DNA of 64,000 bases from an uncultured Spirochaetota bacterium (GCA_963820525.1 CAWGAA010000001.1:2752001-2816000); one strand, 5' to 3'. Numbered from the stretch's first letter, positions 21,782-32,076 are shown. A program made the numbers and translations. Notes: a model not told the origin generated them from the sequence alone.

Positions 21782-23478
21782 GTGGCGGCCCTCGCGCGCG
21801 GGGGCTCGATTATCATTTCGGAGAGAGAAGCCCCGGCGGGAATCATGGGAAACACATTGTCTTCCTTGCAGACCTCCGCGTCCACGACGCAGGGCCCCTC
21901 GTTGTACTGGAGTGCTGCGGTGAGCACGCGTCGTATGTCCGCAGTTCGCCTGATGCGGAAGGCTTTGCAGCCGTAGCTTTCGGCAAGCTTCACGAAATCG
22001 GGGTTTCCCACAAGGTCAACGCCGGAGAGACGGTTTTCATAGAAGAGGTTCTGCCACTGGCGGACCATCCCGAGGTAGCGGTTGTTGATGATCAGGATCT
22101 TCACGGGGAGCTTGTAGGTGGCCGCGGTGGCTAGTTCCGCCATCGTCATCTGGAAGCCCCCGTCTCCGACAATTGCCACCACGAGGTCCTTCGGCCGGGC
22201 GAACTGCGCCCCGATGGCGGCGGGAAAACCGAATCCCATCGTTCCCGCGCCTCCCGAGGTGATCCAGTGGAACCTCTGGTCCGTTTTGTAGAACTGCGCC
22301 GCCCACATCTGGTGCTGGCCGACGTCCGTTGTCACGAAGGCTTTCCCGCCGGTGAGGGTGTACATCTCGTCGATGACGGCCTGGGCCTTGAGCTTTCCGT
22401 TCCTCTTGTATTTCAAAGGATAGGCCTTCTTCCAGCCTTCGATGGTGGAAAGCCACTCCTCGGTATCTCCCGGGCGTGCCCGCTGGACGATCTGCCCCAC
22501 CACGCGCCGCGCGTCTCCCACGATTCCCACGTCGACCTGGATGACCTTGTTGATCTCCGCGGGGTCGATATCGACATGGATCTTCACCGCATCGCGGCAG
22601 AAATCCTCCGTGCGCCCCGTGATCCGGTCGTCCCAGCGGGAGCCGACGGACATGACGAGGTCGCAGTCCGCCACGGCCTTGTTCGCGTAGGCGGTGCCGT
22701 GCATTCCGAGCATTCCCAGGCTGAGCTCATGCGTCTCGGGGAAGCATCCCTTTCCCAGGAGGGTATTGGTCACCGGGATGCGCATTTTCTGGGCAAGCTC
22801 GATCACCTCTGCCTCGGCCCCGGAGATCACGGCGCCGTGGCCCACCAGGATCACGGGGCGCTTCGCCTTGGCCAGAAGGTCCGCCGCCCTTTCGATGGAG
22901 GAGGGATCGCCCTCCTCCGGCACGGAGTAGCCGGGGAGGTGGAACTCCTCGTCGTAACGGGGGCACATGCTCGCCTGGGAGACGTCCTTGGGCACGTCCA
23001 CCAGCACGGGTCCCGGCCGCCCGGTCTGCGAGAGGAAGAATGCTTCCCGCAGCACGCGGGGCAGATCCTCCACGCGATGCACGAGGTAGGAGTGCTTCAC
23101 CACCGGAAGCGAGATTCCTGAAACATCGGCTTCTTGAAAGGTGTCCAGCCCGAGGTTGAAGGTGGACTGCTGCCCCGTGATGATCACCATGGGCACCGAA
23201 TCCATCTGGGCCGTGAGGATGCCGGTGATCGTATTGGTGGCCCCCGGCCCCGAGGTGACAAGCACGACGGCGGGCTTTCCACTGGCGCGGGCGAAGCCGT
23301 CCGCCATGTGTGTGGCTCCCTGCTCGTGGCGCGTGAGAATGTGCTCGAGGGGAGAGCCGACGAGCGCGTCGAAGATGGGAATGGCTGCGCCGCCGGGCAG
23401 GCCGAAAACGTAGCGGACCCCCTGCTGTGCTATCACGTCGACTATTATCTGTGCTCCGGTTCGGGTGAGTTCGCTCAT
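21778..23478 (-). CDS. ilvB: Acetolactate synthase large subunit
   Basis: RHEQGATHMADG, TSGPGATN, TDVGQHQMW, GDGGFQM...NN TPP motif. Confidence 0.96.
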   Translation of the reverse strand: MSELTRTGAQIIVDVIAQQGVRYVFGLPGGAAIPIFDALVGSPLEHILTRHEQGATHMADGFARASGKPAVVLVTSGPGATNTITGILTAQMDSVPMVIITGQQSTFNLGLDTFQEADVSGISLPVVKHSYLVHRVEDLPRVLREAFFLSQTGRPGPVLVDVPKDVSQASMCPRYDEEFHLPGYSVPEEGDPSSIERAADLLAKAKRPVILVGHGAVISGAEAEVIELAQKMRIPVTNTLLGKGCFPETHELSLGMLGMHGTAYANKAVADCDLVMSVGSRWDDRITGRTEDFCRDAVKIHVDIDPAEINKVIQVDVGIVGDARRVVGQIVQRARPGDTEEWLSTIEGWKKAYPLKYKRNGKLKAQAVIDEMYTLTGGKAFVTTDVGQHQMWAAQFYKTDQRFHWITSGGAGTMGFGFPAAIGAQFARPKDLVVAIVGDGGFQMTMAELATAATYKLPVKILIINNRYLGMVRQWQNLFYENRLSGVDLVGNPDFVKLAESYGCKAFRIRRTADIRRVLTAALQYNEGPCVVDAEVCKEDNVFPMIPAGASLSEMIIEPPRARAAT

Positions 23479-23581
23479 TTTCCACCTATTGGGCTATAAA
23501 GTAGTAACCATCCCGGCGGGAGACAACAGCGAAATCTATCCGCAGACGCCGGCGGGGTAGGGACATCGCGGCAGCCACGGC

Positions 23582-25093
23582 TTACAGTGAATATATCTCG
23601 CTGTACTTCGAAGTGAGGTAGCGCATGTAGGGCTCGATGTCGAGCGGCCCGCCCGCCGCCCGCTCGATGAGCTCCGCCGGGGTGAACGCAGCCCCATGGC
23701 GATAGAGGTTTTCACCAAGCCAGCCAAAGAGCTCTTCGAAGCCCCCGTTTTCGATCCGTGATGGGATTTCGGGGCGGGCGGCGACCGCCGCCTCGAAGAG
23801 CTGGGCGGACAGCACGTTTCCCATGGTGTAGCCCTGGAAGGCGCCGCCGATCAGGCCTCCGTACCAGTGCACGTCCTGAAGCGCTCCGTCCTTGTCGTCC
23901 GGCGGCACGAGCCCCAGGTCCCGGCGGTAGCGCTCGCGCCAGGCGTCGGGAAGGTCGGCGGCTGCGAGCTTCCCCTCCAGGAGGTCGAGCTCCAGGTCGA
24001 AGCGGACCATGACGTGCAGGTTGTACGTCACCTCGTCGGCGTCCGTCCTGATGAGCGAAGGCTCCACCTTGTTGATGGCGCGATAGAAATCCGCAAGCGT
24101 CACGGAACCGAGCTGTGCCGGAAAGAGGGAAGAAAGCCTGGGGAAAAAGAAGCTCCAGAACGCGCGGCTTTTTCCCACCATGTTCTCCCACAGGCGCGAC
24201 TGGCTTTCATGCACCCCGGAGGATACCCCGCGGGCGAGGGGCGTGCCCTCGAAGGAGGGATCAACGCCCTGCTCGTACATTGCGTGACCCGCCTCGTGGA
24301 GGGTGCTGAACAGGGCGTCTGAAATCGTGGATTCCCGCACACGCGTGGTTATGCGGACGTCGCCAATGGAGAACCTGGTTGTGAAGGGGTGAGGCGATCT
24401 GTCCAGCCGCCCGCGCTCGATATCGAAGCCGAATCGGCGAACCACATCCAGGCCGAACTCGACCTGCTGTGCCTCGGGAAAAGTGCCGCGCAGGCAGGAT
24501 GTGTCGATGGGCGGACGCTCGGCGATGGAACGCACGAGGGGGACCAGTCGGGAGCGAAGCTCGCCGAAGAGCTTTCGAAGCTGGCGGGCAGTAGCGCCCT
24601 GGTCCGCCATGTCGATCAAGGGGTCCGCCACGTGATCGTAGCCGGGGAAAAATCCGGCGAACTCTCGGCTGAGATCGAGTGTCCTCTGGAGATACGGCAG
24701 GATGGAAGGGAAGTCATTGTCGGGCCTCGCCCCGGTCCAGGCCATGTAGCTTGCCGAAGTCTGGCGCGACATCTCGGCCACGAACTCGGGCGGTACCTTT
24801 ATCGCCTTCTGGTAGTCACGGCGCGTAACGCGGATGAGGGCGGCATCCGGCGAGTCGTAGGGCAGGCTCCTGGCGTAGGGCTCCAGGGAGTTCAGAAGCT
24901 CCCCGATGGCGGGGTGCGTGAGCTTTTCGTGCATCAGCCGGGACAGGGTGGCCAGCTGACGCCCCCGGGCTTCGGCTCCACCCGGCGGCATGTAGGTGGA
25001 TTGGTCCCAGCTCAGGAGCGCGCCGGCCGAGTCGAGGTCGTTGATCTCGCGCAGGCGTTCGGTGAGCTGCTTCAGTCCGGCGTCGCTGCTCAT
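23582..25093 (-). CDS. Carboxypeptidase Taq (M32 family)
   Basis: HEAGH (HEXXH), HPF, HESQSRLWEN, IRTDADE, QDVHW. Confidence 0.93.
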   Translation of the reverse strand: MSSDAGLKQLTERLREINDLDSAGALLSWDQSTYMPPGGAEARGRQLATLSRLMHEKLTHPAIGELLNSLEPYARSLPYDSPDAALIRVTRRDYQKAIKVPPEFVAEMSRQTSASYMAWTGARPDNDFPSILPYLQRTLDLSREFAGFFPGYDHVADPLIDMADQGATARQLRKLFGELRSRLVPLVRSIAERPPIDTSCLRGTFPEAQQVEFGLDVVRRFGFDIERGRLDRSPHPFTTRFSIGDVRITTRVRESTISDALFSTLHEAGHAMYEQGVDPSFEGTPLARGVSSGVHESQSRLWENMVGKSRAFWSFFFPRLSSLFPAQLGSVTLADFYRAINKVEPSLIRTDADEVTYNLHVMVRFDLELDLLEGKLAAADLPDAWRERYRRDLGLVPPDDKDGALQDVHWYGGLIGGAFQGYTMGNVLSAQLFEAAVAARPEIPSRIENGGFEELFGWLGENLYRHGAAFTPAELIERAAGGPLDIEPYMRYLTSKYSEIYSL

Positions 25094-25221
25094 GAGCCAA
25101 TATAATCGTAAAAAGCCCGACGGCGAAAGGGGACGGCTGCGCAGAGGCGCTGCGATAGGCGGGCTTTCTCATTTGGCAGGGGCGCCGTTTTATGCTATCC
25201 CTCACGTGAGGGAGGCAATCG

Positions 25222-26046
25222 ATGCGAAAAATGATTCTGCTGCTTTCAGCCCTTTTGCTATTGTTGGCTTCCTGCAGCCGTAAATTCGGCGACATAACCC
25301 CCGAGGAATCCATATTCGCGGATACGATGGTAGACATGACCTGGCAGCAGGTGAAGAAGGCCGCCGACGACAAGGCGATCGTGCTTCTCCCCATAGCCGT
25401 GGTGGAAGAACATGGGCCGCAGATGGATCTTTCTCCCGATATCTATCAAACCTGCATCGGTTGCAGGTACGTGAAGAGAGCTCTCGAGAAAAAAGGCATC
25501 CCGGTGATCATAGCCCCTCCCTACTATTGGGGCATGAGCGAAGTGAACAAGCACATTCCCGGGACGTTTTCGGTCCGGGCCGATACGTTTACGGCAATGC
25601 TTTTCGATATCGTGAGCTCGCTTGAATCATGGGGTTTCACTGAAGTTTTCTGCGCGAACCTGCATGGAGATACGACTCATAATGAGGTATTGGATCGGTC
25701 CATCACCGAGATAAGAAATGAGCTGAACATAGGCGTGTATAACATTCAGACCATCGGCAAGAGCCTGGCGAGCCCTCCAAGATTTCTGCCGCCGCGAAGC
25801 GGGAAATTCTCGCCGGATTACCATGCGGGTGCGGATGAAACGGCTATAATGCTGTCTTTGTATCCGCAGAGGGTACGAACGGATATCGCCGAAGGTCTGA
25901 AGCCGGAGGCCTCCTTCGATCCGCTGGGCTATGTCGGTGACCCCGCAAGCTATAAGCTGGAGAAGAACGCCGTCGAGAACTTCAGGATCAATGCCGAGTA
26001 TGGGGCGCAGCTCATCGAAGCTTTTTTGAAAAAAAGTCGAACCTAG
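25222..26046 (+). CDS. Creatininase/creatinine amidohydrolase-family protein with lipoprotein signal
   Basis: LLLLASC lipobox; EEHGP...D, NLHGD, HAGADET metal-ligand motifs. Confidence 0.8.
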   Translation: MRKMILLLSALLLLLASCSRKFGDITPEESIFADTMVDMTWQQVKKAADDKAIVLLPIAVVEEHGPQMDLSPDIYQTCIGCRYVKRALEKKGIPVIIAPPYYWGMSEVNKHIPGTFSVRADTFTAMLFDIVSSLESWGFTEVFCANLHGDTTHNEVLDRSITEIRNELNIGVYNIQTIGKSLASPPRFLPPRSGKFSPDYHAGADETAIMLSLYPQRVRTDIAEGLKPEASFDPLGYVGDPASYKLEKNAVENFRINAEYGAQLIEAFLKKSRT

Positions 26047-26086
26047 GCCTCCGCGCCAAGGCGCGCGGCCTCCATCAATTCATGTT

Positions 26087-26926
26087 TCAACCCGCATTCC
26101 ATTGAATGGGAATGAGCCGGCCTTCGACTTTGTTTCTGAACTTTATAGAAGGATAGCCTACCCCAAGAAAGCCGAAGATTCTCTCCGATTTCAAGAGATG
26201 CAGCTTGTTTCGGAGGGTGCCATCCGCATTCAGAATGGACTGGTTGCCCACGAGGTTCCTGCATCCCAGACCGAGCGCCCCCGCCAACAGGGTGATATTG
26301 TAAACCGCGTATTGAGCGCTTTCCAGATTGAGCGGTACACGCTTGTCGCCGACAACCATGACGAAGGCGGGCGGACGACTGCTGAAGACCGATGCACGCG
26401 TAATTGCAGTCTCCAGCTTGGGCTTCGTTCTCAGGTATTGCTCGCGCATCGAAGGCTTTGCCAAGCTCACAAGATGCGTGAAAAGCCTGGGCTTGAAAAA
26501 AAGGTTATAGATCCTTGTGGAGAATCTCACCAGAATCCGGTCCATGAGATCAATGATCCCGGGATCGTCGATTATCACGATTCGAAATCCATGGCTGTGC
26601 GTTGGGGCATAAGCGGCATAGCCCGCCAGGCGTTCGAGTGTCTTGCGGTCCATGGGAGCTTGCCTGAAGTCTCGGAAAGTCCGTCTTTCCTTGAACAGCT
26701 CATCCATCTGCTCTGCTGACGGCATAAGAAGGGGATTGAATCGCTTGGATTCCACCTTGTCCCAGGCAAGAGCCTGCGAAGGGCAGATTGCTATGCACTG
26801 AGAACATGTGCTGCAATACCGGTAGTCGATCTGGATCTTTTTATCGACGACGGACATGCAATGCTCATGGCAGATCTTTGCGCACGTTCCGCACCCCGTG
26901 CATTTCCCGGTATCTCGAACAACCAT
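26087..26926 (-). CDS. Nitroreductase-family protein with N-terminal 2x[4Fe-4S] ferredoxin domain
   Basis: CTGCGTCAKIC and CSTCSQCIAICP; RRTFRDF, YAPT, GVGYP. Start trimmed to ATG 26926. Confidence 0.85.
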   Translation of the reverse strand: MVVRDTGKCTGCGTCAKICHEHCMSVVDKKIQIDYRYCSTCSQCIAICPSQALAWDKVESKRFNPLLMPSAEQMDELFKERRTFRDFRQAPMDRKTLERLAGYAAYAPTHSHGFRIVIIDDPGIIDLMDRILVRFSTRIYNLFFKPRLFTHLVSLAKPSMREQYLRTKPKLETAITRASVFSSRPPAFVMVVGDKRVPLNLESAQYAVYNITLLAGALGLGCRNLVGNQSILNADGTLRNKLHLLKSERIFGFLGVGYPSIKFRNKVEGRLIPIQWNAG

Positions 26927-26946
26927 GCTGTGGCTCGGACTACGTA

Positions 26947-27609
26947 TCAAGCGGTGGGCGCGGCACGCCCGGCGGTATCCGCAGTGACCACGGAACGATG
27001 AGCGTCGATCCATATTCCGAACGGGAGCAGTAAAAGCGTCGCGAAGCACATCAGGATTGAAAGCTGCGGCGGCAAGAGAGCGGACAGCGGAAAGAGGGCG
27101 AGGAAAGCCACCATGAGCCAGAATGACAGCACGCCGGTACGGTCCTTGGCCTTTGTTCCAAGCAGGTAGATCACGATTCCCGCGCCAAGCATGCCGAACT
27201 CCGTTATCAGCGCCGCTGCCATCGAGTTGTACAAGCCCAGGCCGACTTTCGGGGATCCATCGAAGAGAAGAGGCAGGTCCGGGGGAGCAGGATGTCCCAT
27301 TCCCATTGGATGCGAAATGAAGTCCAGCACCCAGTGGCTGAAAACGAGGAGCCCGATCACGATGCTGGTTCGAGCGTCGCGAGAGAACGCGAAGGCGACT
27401 GCAAAACCCGCGATCGACCAGACAACGGACATGAAAAGCCCGTGGGACCACGGGAAAGATGCGTCCGGACCTCCATGCTCGATGCCAATGACCGCGAACA
27501 GGCCGGCCAGCGTATCTATTGCCGTTACGGCAACCAACAGGAAACCCAGAGACGCTTTCGGCGCGGCGCGCTTGGCGGCGAGCCCGACTCCAATGTGTCC
27601 GAAAAACAT
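26947..27609 (-). CDS. Membrane-bound metal-dependent hydrolase-like protein
   Basis: MFFGHIG, PWSHGL, SHWVLDFISH..DLPL, GLGLY; multiple TM helices. Confidence 0.75.
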   Translation of the reverse strand: MFFGHIGVGLAAKRAAPKASLGFLLVAVTAIDTLAGLFAVIGIEHGGPDASFPWSHGLFMSVVWSIAGFAVAFAFSRDARTSIVIGLLVFSHWVLDFISHPMGMGHPAPPDLPLLFDGSPKVGLGLYNSMAAALITEFGMLGAGIVIYLLGTKAKDRTGVLSFWLMVAFLALFPLSALLPPQLSILMCFATLLLLPFGIWIDAHRSVVTADTAGRAAPTA

Positions 27610-27719
27610 AGAATCTCCTTTATGTATCCGTCGAATGCCAGCATAGCGCGCGTGGGCTCGCTTCTCAAGATGCGGCCCTTCCCATTTTCCCTGTTTCTTG
27701 CCAGTATACGCGGCCATAG

Positions 27720-29126
27720 ATGCCGCCCATGAGCACGGATCAAACCCGCATCCCGCTCGTACACCTTGCCTGGCCCATTCTCGTTGAAAACATGCTGCGC
27801 ACGTCGCTCATGAGCATCGACACCTTCATGCTCAGCCGATACTCCCTCGATGCCGTGGCCGCCATGAGCCTGGTCAACCAGTTCGCGTTCTTCATCCAGC
27901 TTCTCTACATGATGGTGGCTTTCGGCGCAAGCATCCTGATCTCGCAGAATCTTGGCGCCGGAAAGCGACGGGAAGCCGGGCTGGTGGGCGTTGCGAGCAT
28001 CACCCTGATCGTCGGGTTTTCCCTGGCCCTTTCCGTGACGCTCGCGCTGATCACCAGGCCCATCCTCGGGCTCTACAAGCTCGACCCCTTGGTCTCTACA
28101 TATGCCGGACAGTTCCTCCTCATCTATGGAGGTCTCTCCTTCTTCATGGCGCTCAACATCATCCAGGCGAGCATCCTGAGGGCATGGGGGTATCCCCGCC
28201 CTCCCATGTACGTCAATATCTTCGCGCTCATCCTGACCATGGCGGGCAACGCCTTCAGCCTCTTCGGCCTCTGGGGTTTTCCCATCCTGGGCGTCATTGG
28301 GGTGGCATCGTCGACCGTGTTGAGCCAATTCATCGCCTGCATTCTCTTTTTCATCATCATGCGAAGGAAAAAGGAAATCGAGCTGCCCCTTCGCTCCCTT
28401 ACCCGGATCCCGAGATCCGTGTACAGATCGATTCTCGGGGTCGGGGTTCCAACAGCGGGGGAAAGCCTCTCCTATAACGTCTCTCAGATCGTGAACATGT
28501 CCATGGTGGCCGGCATGGGCACGCAGGCGTTGGCGGCGTACGGAATCCTCATCGCCCTGATCCGCTACACTCTCATGCCGGCGCTCTCCATCGGCACCGG
28601 CGTCCAGATCAAGGTCGGGTACTTCGTCGGGTCGGGAAAGCACGACGAGGCGAAAAGGAATGTGTACCGATATTTCGCGATGGGCTTTCTTGTTTCCATT
28701 CTTGCCGTCGGAATCCTCAACATCGTGAAGCGCCCTCTCCTCGGGCTTTTCTCGGAGGACGAAGAGCTGATAGCCCTGGCGGCGACGGTTCTCCTCGTTT
28801 CCCTGGTCCATGAGCCGGGCCGAAGCTTCAATACGATCATCATTCCCGCCTTGAAAGGCGCGGGCGATGTCAAGTTTCCCGTCTACGCGGGAATCATTTC
28901 AAATTGGGGCATCAGCGTGTTCGGCTGCTGGCTTCTCGGCGTGCGGCTGGGGCTCGGGCTTGTCGGGGTCTGGATTGCCATGGCTTCGGACGAATGGGCG
29001 CGGGGAATCGTGATGCTTCTGCGCTGGCGGTCGGGCATCTGGAAACACAAGAACCTTATTACACCGGCCGGCCAAGATCCTTCCGTGCCGCTTCTCCCTT
29101 TGGCGGAAGTGGAACGGGGAGACTGA
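27720..29126 (+). CDS. MATE family efflux transporter
   Basis: LAWPILVE, DTFMLS, two MATE halves, LKGAGD, GVWIAMASDEW. Confidence 0.92.
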   Translation: MPPMSTDQTRIPLVHLAWPILVENMLRTSLMSIDTFMLSRYSLDAVAAMSLVNQFAFFIQLLYMMVAFGASILISQNLGAGKRREAGLVGVASITLIVGFSLALSVTLALITRPILGLYKLDPLVSTYAGQFLLIYGGLSFFMALNIIQASILRAWGYPRPPMYVNIFALILTMAGNAFSLFGLWGFPILGVIGVASSTVLSQFIACILFFIIMRRKKEIELPLRSLTRIPRSVYRSILGVGVPTAGESLSYNVSQIVNMSMVAGMGTQALAAYGILIALIRYTLMPALSIGTGVQIKVGYFVGSGKHDEAKRNVYRYFAMGFLVSILAVGILNIVKRPLLGLFSEDEELIALAATVLLVSLVHEPGRSFNTIIIPALKGAGDVKFPVYAGIISNWGISVFGCWLLGVRLGLGLVGVWIAMASDEWARGIVMLLRWRSGIWKHKNLITPAGQDPSVPLLPLAEVERGD

Positions 29127-29251
29127 GTCCTCAGCTCCCAGCGCGGCGGCGGATAGAAAAAAACGTTTGGGCGATGGCCCTGGCAGCCCACGGCGGGGTT
29201 ATAGTGACATATTTCTGAAAAAGGAGCGCTTCAGGGCCGAGCGCGTGGAGG

Positions 29252-30076
29252 ATGAAAATGAACATGTTTGCAGAGAAAGTCGCCATAGTGACGGGCGGTG
29301 CTTCAGGTATTGGAAAAGCCGTCTGTGTAAATCTGGCCCGACATGGCGCCCGTGTGATCATCGCGGATCGTGATCTGCCCGGGGCGCAAGAGACTGAGTC
29401 ATTCATCACGTCGAATGGCGGCGCCGCTAAAGCGATGTGCGTGGATGTATCCAATCCTCACGATGTGGAATCTCTCATTGAAAATGCCGTGAGAGACCAT
29501 GGCCGGATCGACTTTCTCTTCAATAATGCGGGCATCTCGATAAATGGAGAATTCCAGGATCTCGAATTGGAGCATTGGAAACGCGTGTTGGACGTCAATC
29601 TGTGGGGCGTGGTTTATGGATGCCATTACGCGTATCCCATCATGAAAAGGCAGGGATTCGGTCACATTATCAATACGGCATCCCTGGCCGGTCTGATACC
29701 GCAAGGGCTGGGTACTATTTATTCCGCCAGCAAACATGCCGTGGTTGGTTTTTCATTGGCTTTGCGGGGAGAAGCGAAGCAGTACGGCATAAAAGTCAGC
29801 GCGCTGTGCCCGGGGTACATCAGGACGAACATCCAAAAGACGTCTTTGATGGTTTCCGACTATATGAACTCGGAAAAAAACAAGCAAATGGAAGCCGGAA
29901 TGAAATTCCTCACTCCCGAGGATTGCATCGATCAAATGATGCGCGGGGTGAAGCGGAACAAGGGAATAATCGTTTCGCCGGGAAGATTCAAAGCGTTCTG
30001 GTGGCTGCAGAGATTGTTTCCCGGGTTCATGCCGGCAATGTGGGACAGAATAATCAAGCACATGAAGAGGGCGTAG
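29252..30076 (+). CDS. SDR family oxidoreductase
   Basis: TGGASGIG, NNAG, S-YSASK catalytic motif. Confidence 0.92.
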   Translation: MKMNMFAEKVAIVTGGASGIGKAVCVNLARHGARVIIADRDLPGAQETESFITSNGGAAKAMCVDVSNPHDVESLIENAVRDHGRIDFLFNNAGISINGEFQDLELEHWKRVLDVNLWGVVYGCHYAYPIMKRQGFGHIINTASLAGLIPQGLGTIYSASKHAVVGFSLALRGEAKQYGIKVSALCPGYIRTNIQKTSLMVSDYMNSEKNKQMEAGMKFLTPEDCIDQMMRGVKRNKGIIVSPGRFKAFWWLQRLFPGFMPAMWDRIIKHMKRA

Positions 30077-30079
30077 AGA

Positions 30080-30907
30080 ATGGCTTCGACGGGTCATGAC
30101 GATGGAATCGGGAAATTCAGAATAATAAAGCCGTCCTTTCTCAGGCGTCTCATGATAGAAGGCCTCGATGCCATACCTCCCGGCCATACAATGATGGCGC
30201 TGCTGGAGCTCGACGTTACGAAAGCGCGAAAAGCTCTCCGCGGACTAAGGGCAAACGGCAGGAAGGTATCTCTGTTCGCCTTCGTCATCAAGGCCATCGC
30301 CACGGCCGTTTCCGAGAACAAGGAGCTGAACTCGATCCGTGGCGCCAAAGGCATCGTCGAGTTTGAAGATATAGACGTCAATGTGCCCATGGAGCTGAAT
30401 TCCGCAGGGGAGAAATTCCCCCGCCAGCTCGTCATCCGAAAAGCTCATGAAAAAAGCGTGGAACGGATTTGCCAGGAGGTGAACGAGGCAAGAGAGCAAT
30501 TCACAATGGCCGGCCATGCCGGGCAGGAAGACAAATGGGCTTTGAATCTTATGAGGAGGCTGTTTCTTGTGCCGAAGCTTTTACGGCGTTTGATTCTGAG
30601 AGCCCTCTACATGAATCCGTTCACCGTAAAAAGAATGGCCGGCACGATCTTCGTTTCTTCCGTGGGCACTTTCACAAAGACACCCGGTTTCGTGGTGCCC
30701 TACATGGGCGGACCCCGCGCCGTGTCTTTCATCCTGGGAAGCGTTGTCAACAAGCCCGTCATCGTGGGCGGGGAGAGTCAGGCAAGAGAGATGTTGTCCA
30801 TGACCATCGTATTCAATCACGACATAGTGGATGGCGCGCCGGCTGCCCGCTTTGTAAATCGTTTGAGAAGGATCATAGAAGGCGTCCAACCCGTCACGTC
30901 CGGATAA
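30080..30907 (+). CDS. Stand-alone 2-oxoacid dehydrogenase E2-type acyltransferase catalytic domain
   Basis: LELDVT, GTIFVSSVG, FNHDIVDGAPAARF (HxxxDG); no lipoyl domain. Confidence 0.8.
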   Translation: MASTGHDDGIGKFRIIKPSFLRRLMIEGLDAIPPGHTMMALLELDVTKARKALRGLRANGRKVSLFAFVIKAIATAVSENKELNSIRGAKGIVEFEDIDVNVPMELNSAGEKFPRQLVIRKAHEKSVERICQEVNEAREQFTMAGHAGQEDKWALNLMRRLFLVPKLLRRLILRALYMNPFTVKRMAGTIFVSSVGTFTKTPGFVVPYMGGPRAVSFILGSVVNKPVIVGGESQAREMLSMTIVFNHDIVDGAPAARFVNRLRRIIEGVQPVTSG

Positions 30908-30928
30908 AGCAGGCAGCCTTCGCGGGCC

Positions 30929-31132
30929 TCAGGCCGTCGGGGGGACTTGAGCCTTCCTGCGCTCAGCGGCACAAGGCGCATTCTTTGTGGTGTATTCACC
31001 CAGCTTCCGGCACCAAACCGCGGCAAAGGTCCGGCAGGGCCCTGCGCCGTCAACGTCCGTGTCTTTGGGGAAATCTGCGCTTGGGCAGTCGAAATCGCAG
31101 AACCTGGTCTTTGAAGATTCCTCCGCGCTCAT
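30929..31132 (-). CDS. Small Cys-rich hypothetical protein (67 aa)
   Basis: FCDFDCPSADFP...DGAGPCRTFAAVWCRKL...KNAPC: five Cys in a compact pattern. Fills an otherwise empty intergenic gap, co-oriented with SRPBCC. Confidence 0.6.
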   Translation of the reverse strand: MSAEESSKTRFCDFDCPSADFPKDTDVDGAGPCRTFAAVWCRKLGEYTTKNAPCAAERRKAQVPPTA

Positions 31133-31223
31133 CCCAAAGAGAATACCGCCGCCTGTCGGCGCGGCGCCCGGCAAGCGGCGGAGGGAGACATTGCTCCTTT
31201 GCTTCAGCAGCGGCGGAGCCGCC

Positions 31224-31730
31224 TCATGATGCTCTCAGGCTCTCGGCCAGGCGATCCAGCATTTCCATCCAGCCCTGCCGGGTCCCATCACGCTCCTTGA
31301 CGGCTTTCGGGAAGGAATGCCGCAGGGTGAGCCTTGTCTTTCCCTCATGCTCTGCGAACGTCACGGTGACAAGCGTCTCCGCGGGATGATCCGGGCTCAT
31401 GCCGTAGAGGGTCGGCGATACGGGGTTTCCTTGCGGGTCTGCAAAAGCGTCTGTGTAGACGATTTTTTCATTGGGAACGATCTCACGATAGATTCCGATT
31501 CCCCAGACGCCCTTGCCTTCGGGGGGCTGCATGCAATAATGGAAGGCCCCGCCTGGCCGGAGATCCACTTTGCAGGAGGGCGTTGTCCAATCCTTCGGGG
31601 CCCACCAGCGCACCAGGTGCTTCGGGTCTGTCCATGCCTTGAAGACCAGCTCCCGAGGAGCGTCCAAGACACGGGTGATAATGATATCGCTATCGGCCTT
31701 GGCCGACGCGTCCTTAGTTCTTTGTTCCAT
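31224..31730 (-). CDS. SRPBCC/AHSA1-like domain protein
   Basis: ITRVLDAPRELVFKAWTDP, DLRPGG, GWMEMLDRL. Confidence 0.88.
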   Translation of the reverse strand: MEQRTKDASAKADSDIIITRVLDAPRELVFKAWTDPKHLVRWWAPKDWTTPSCKVDLRPGGAFHYCMQPPEGKGVWGIGIYREIVPNEKIVYTDAFADPQGNPVSPTLYGMSPDHPAETLVTVTFAEHEGKTRLTLRHSFPKAVKERDGTRQGWMEMLDRLAESLRAS

Positions 31731-32076
31731 GCTTCTTCTCCTTCTGCAGCTCATGCAGATATTCATCCAGACGATCGAGGCTTTTCTCCCAGAGTGTGCG
31801 ATAACGCTCTATCCATTCGTCAGCATCCTTGAGAGGCTGCGCCTCCAGCCTGCACGGCCGCCATTGCGCCTCCCGCCGGCGGGAGATCAGGCCGGCCTTT
31901 TCCAGCACCTTGAGGTGCTTGGTAATGGCGGGCAGGGTCATTGTAAAAGGCTGGGCAAGCTTCTTTACGGAAGCTTCTCCAGAGCTTAAGGAGGCGAGGA
32001 TCCTGCGGCGCGTGGGATCCGCCAACGCGGCGAATGTGAGGCTGAGGCGATCCGGCTTTGTGTTTTTTTTTACCAT
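31714..32076 (-). CDS. ArsR/SmtB family transcriptional regulator
   Basis: FAALADPTRRRIL, ITKHLKVLEKAGLI, typical ArsR-SRPBCC pair. Confidence 0.9.
   Translation of the reverse strand: MVKKNTKPDRLSLTFAALADPTRRRILASLSSGEASVKKLAQPFTMTLPAITKHLKVLEKAGLISRRREAQWRPCRLEAQPLKDADEWIERYRTLWEKSLDRLDEYLHELQKEKKHGTKN

Noticed and set aside
20159..21976. 605-aa plus-strand ORF and many similar ORFs (e.g. 12884-14179, 27525-28811, 33850-34932)
   Set aside because: Antisense or off-frame shadows of well-supported genes in GC-rich DNA, with no recognisable motifs.
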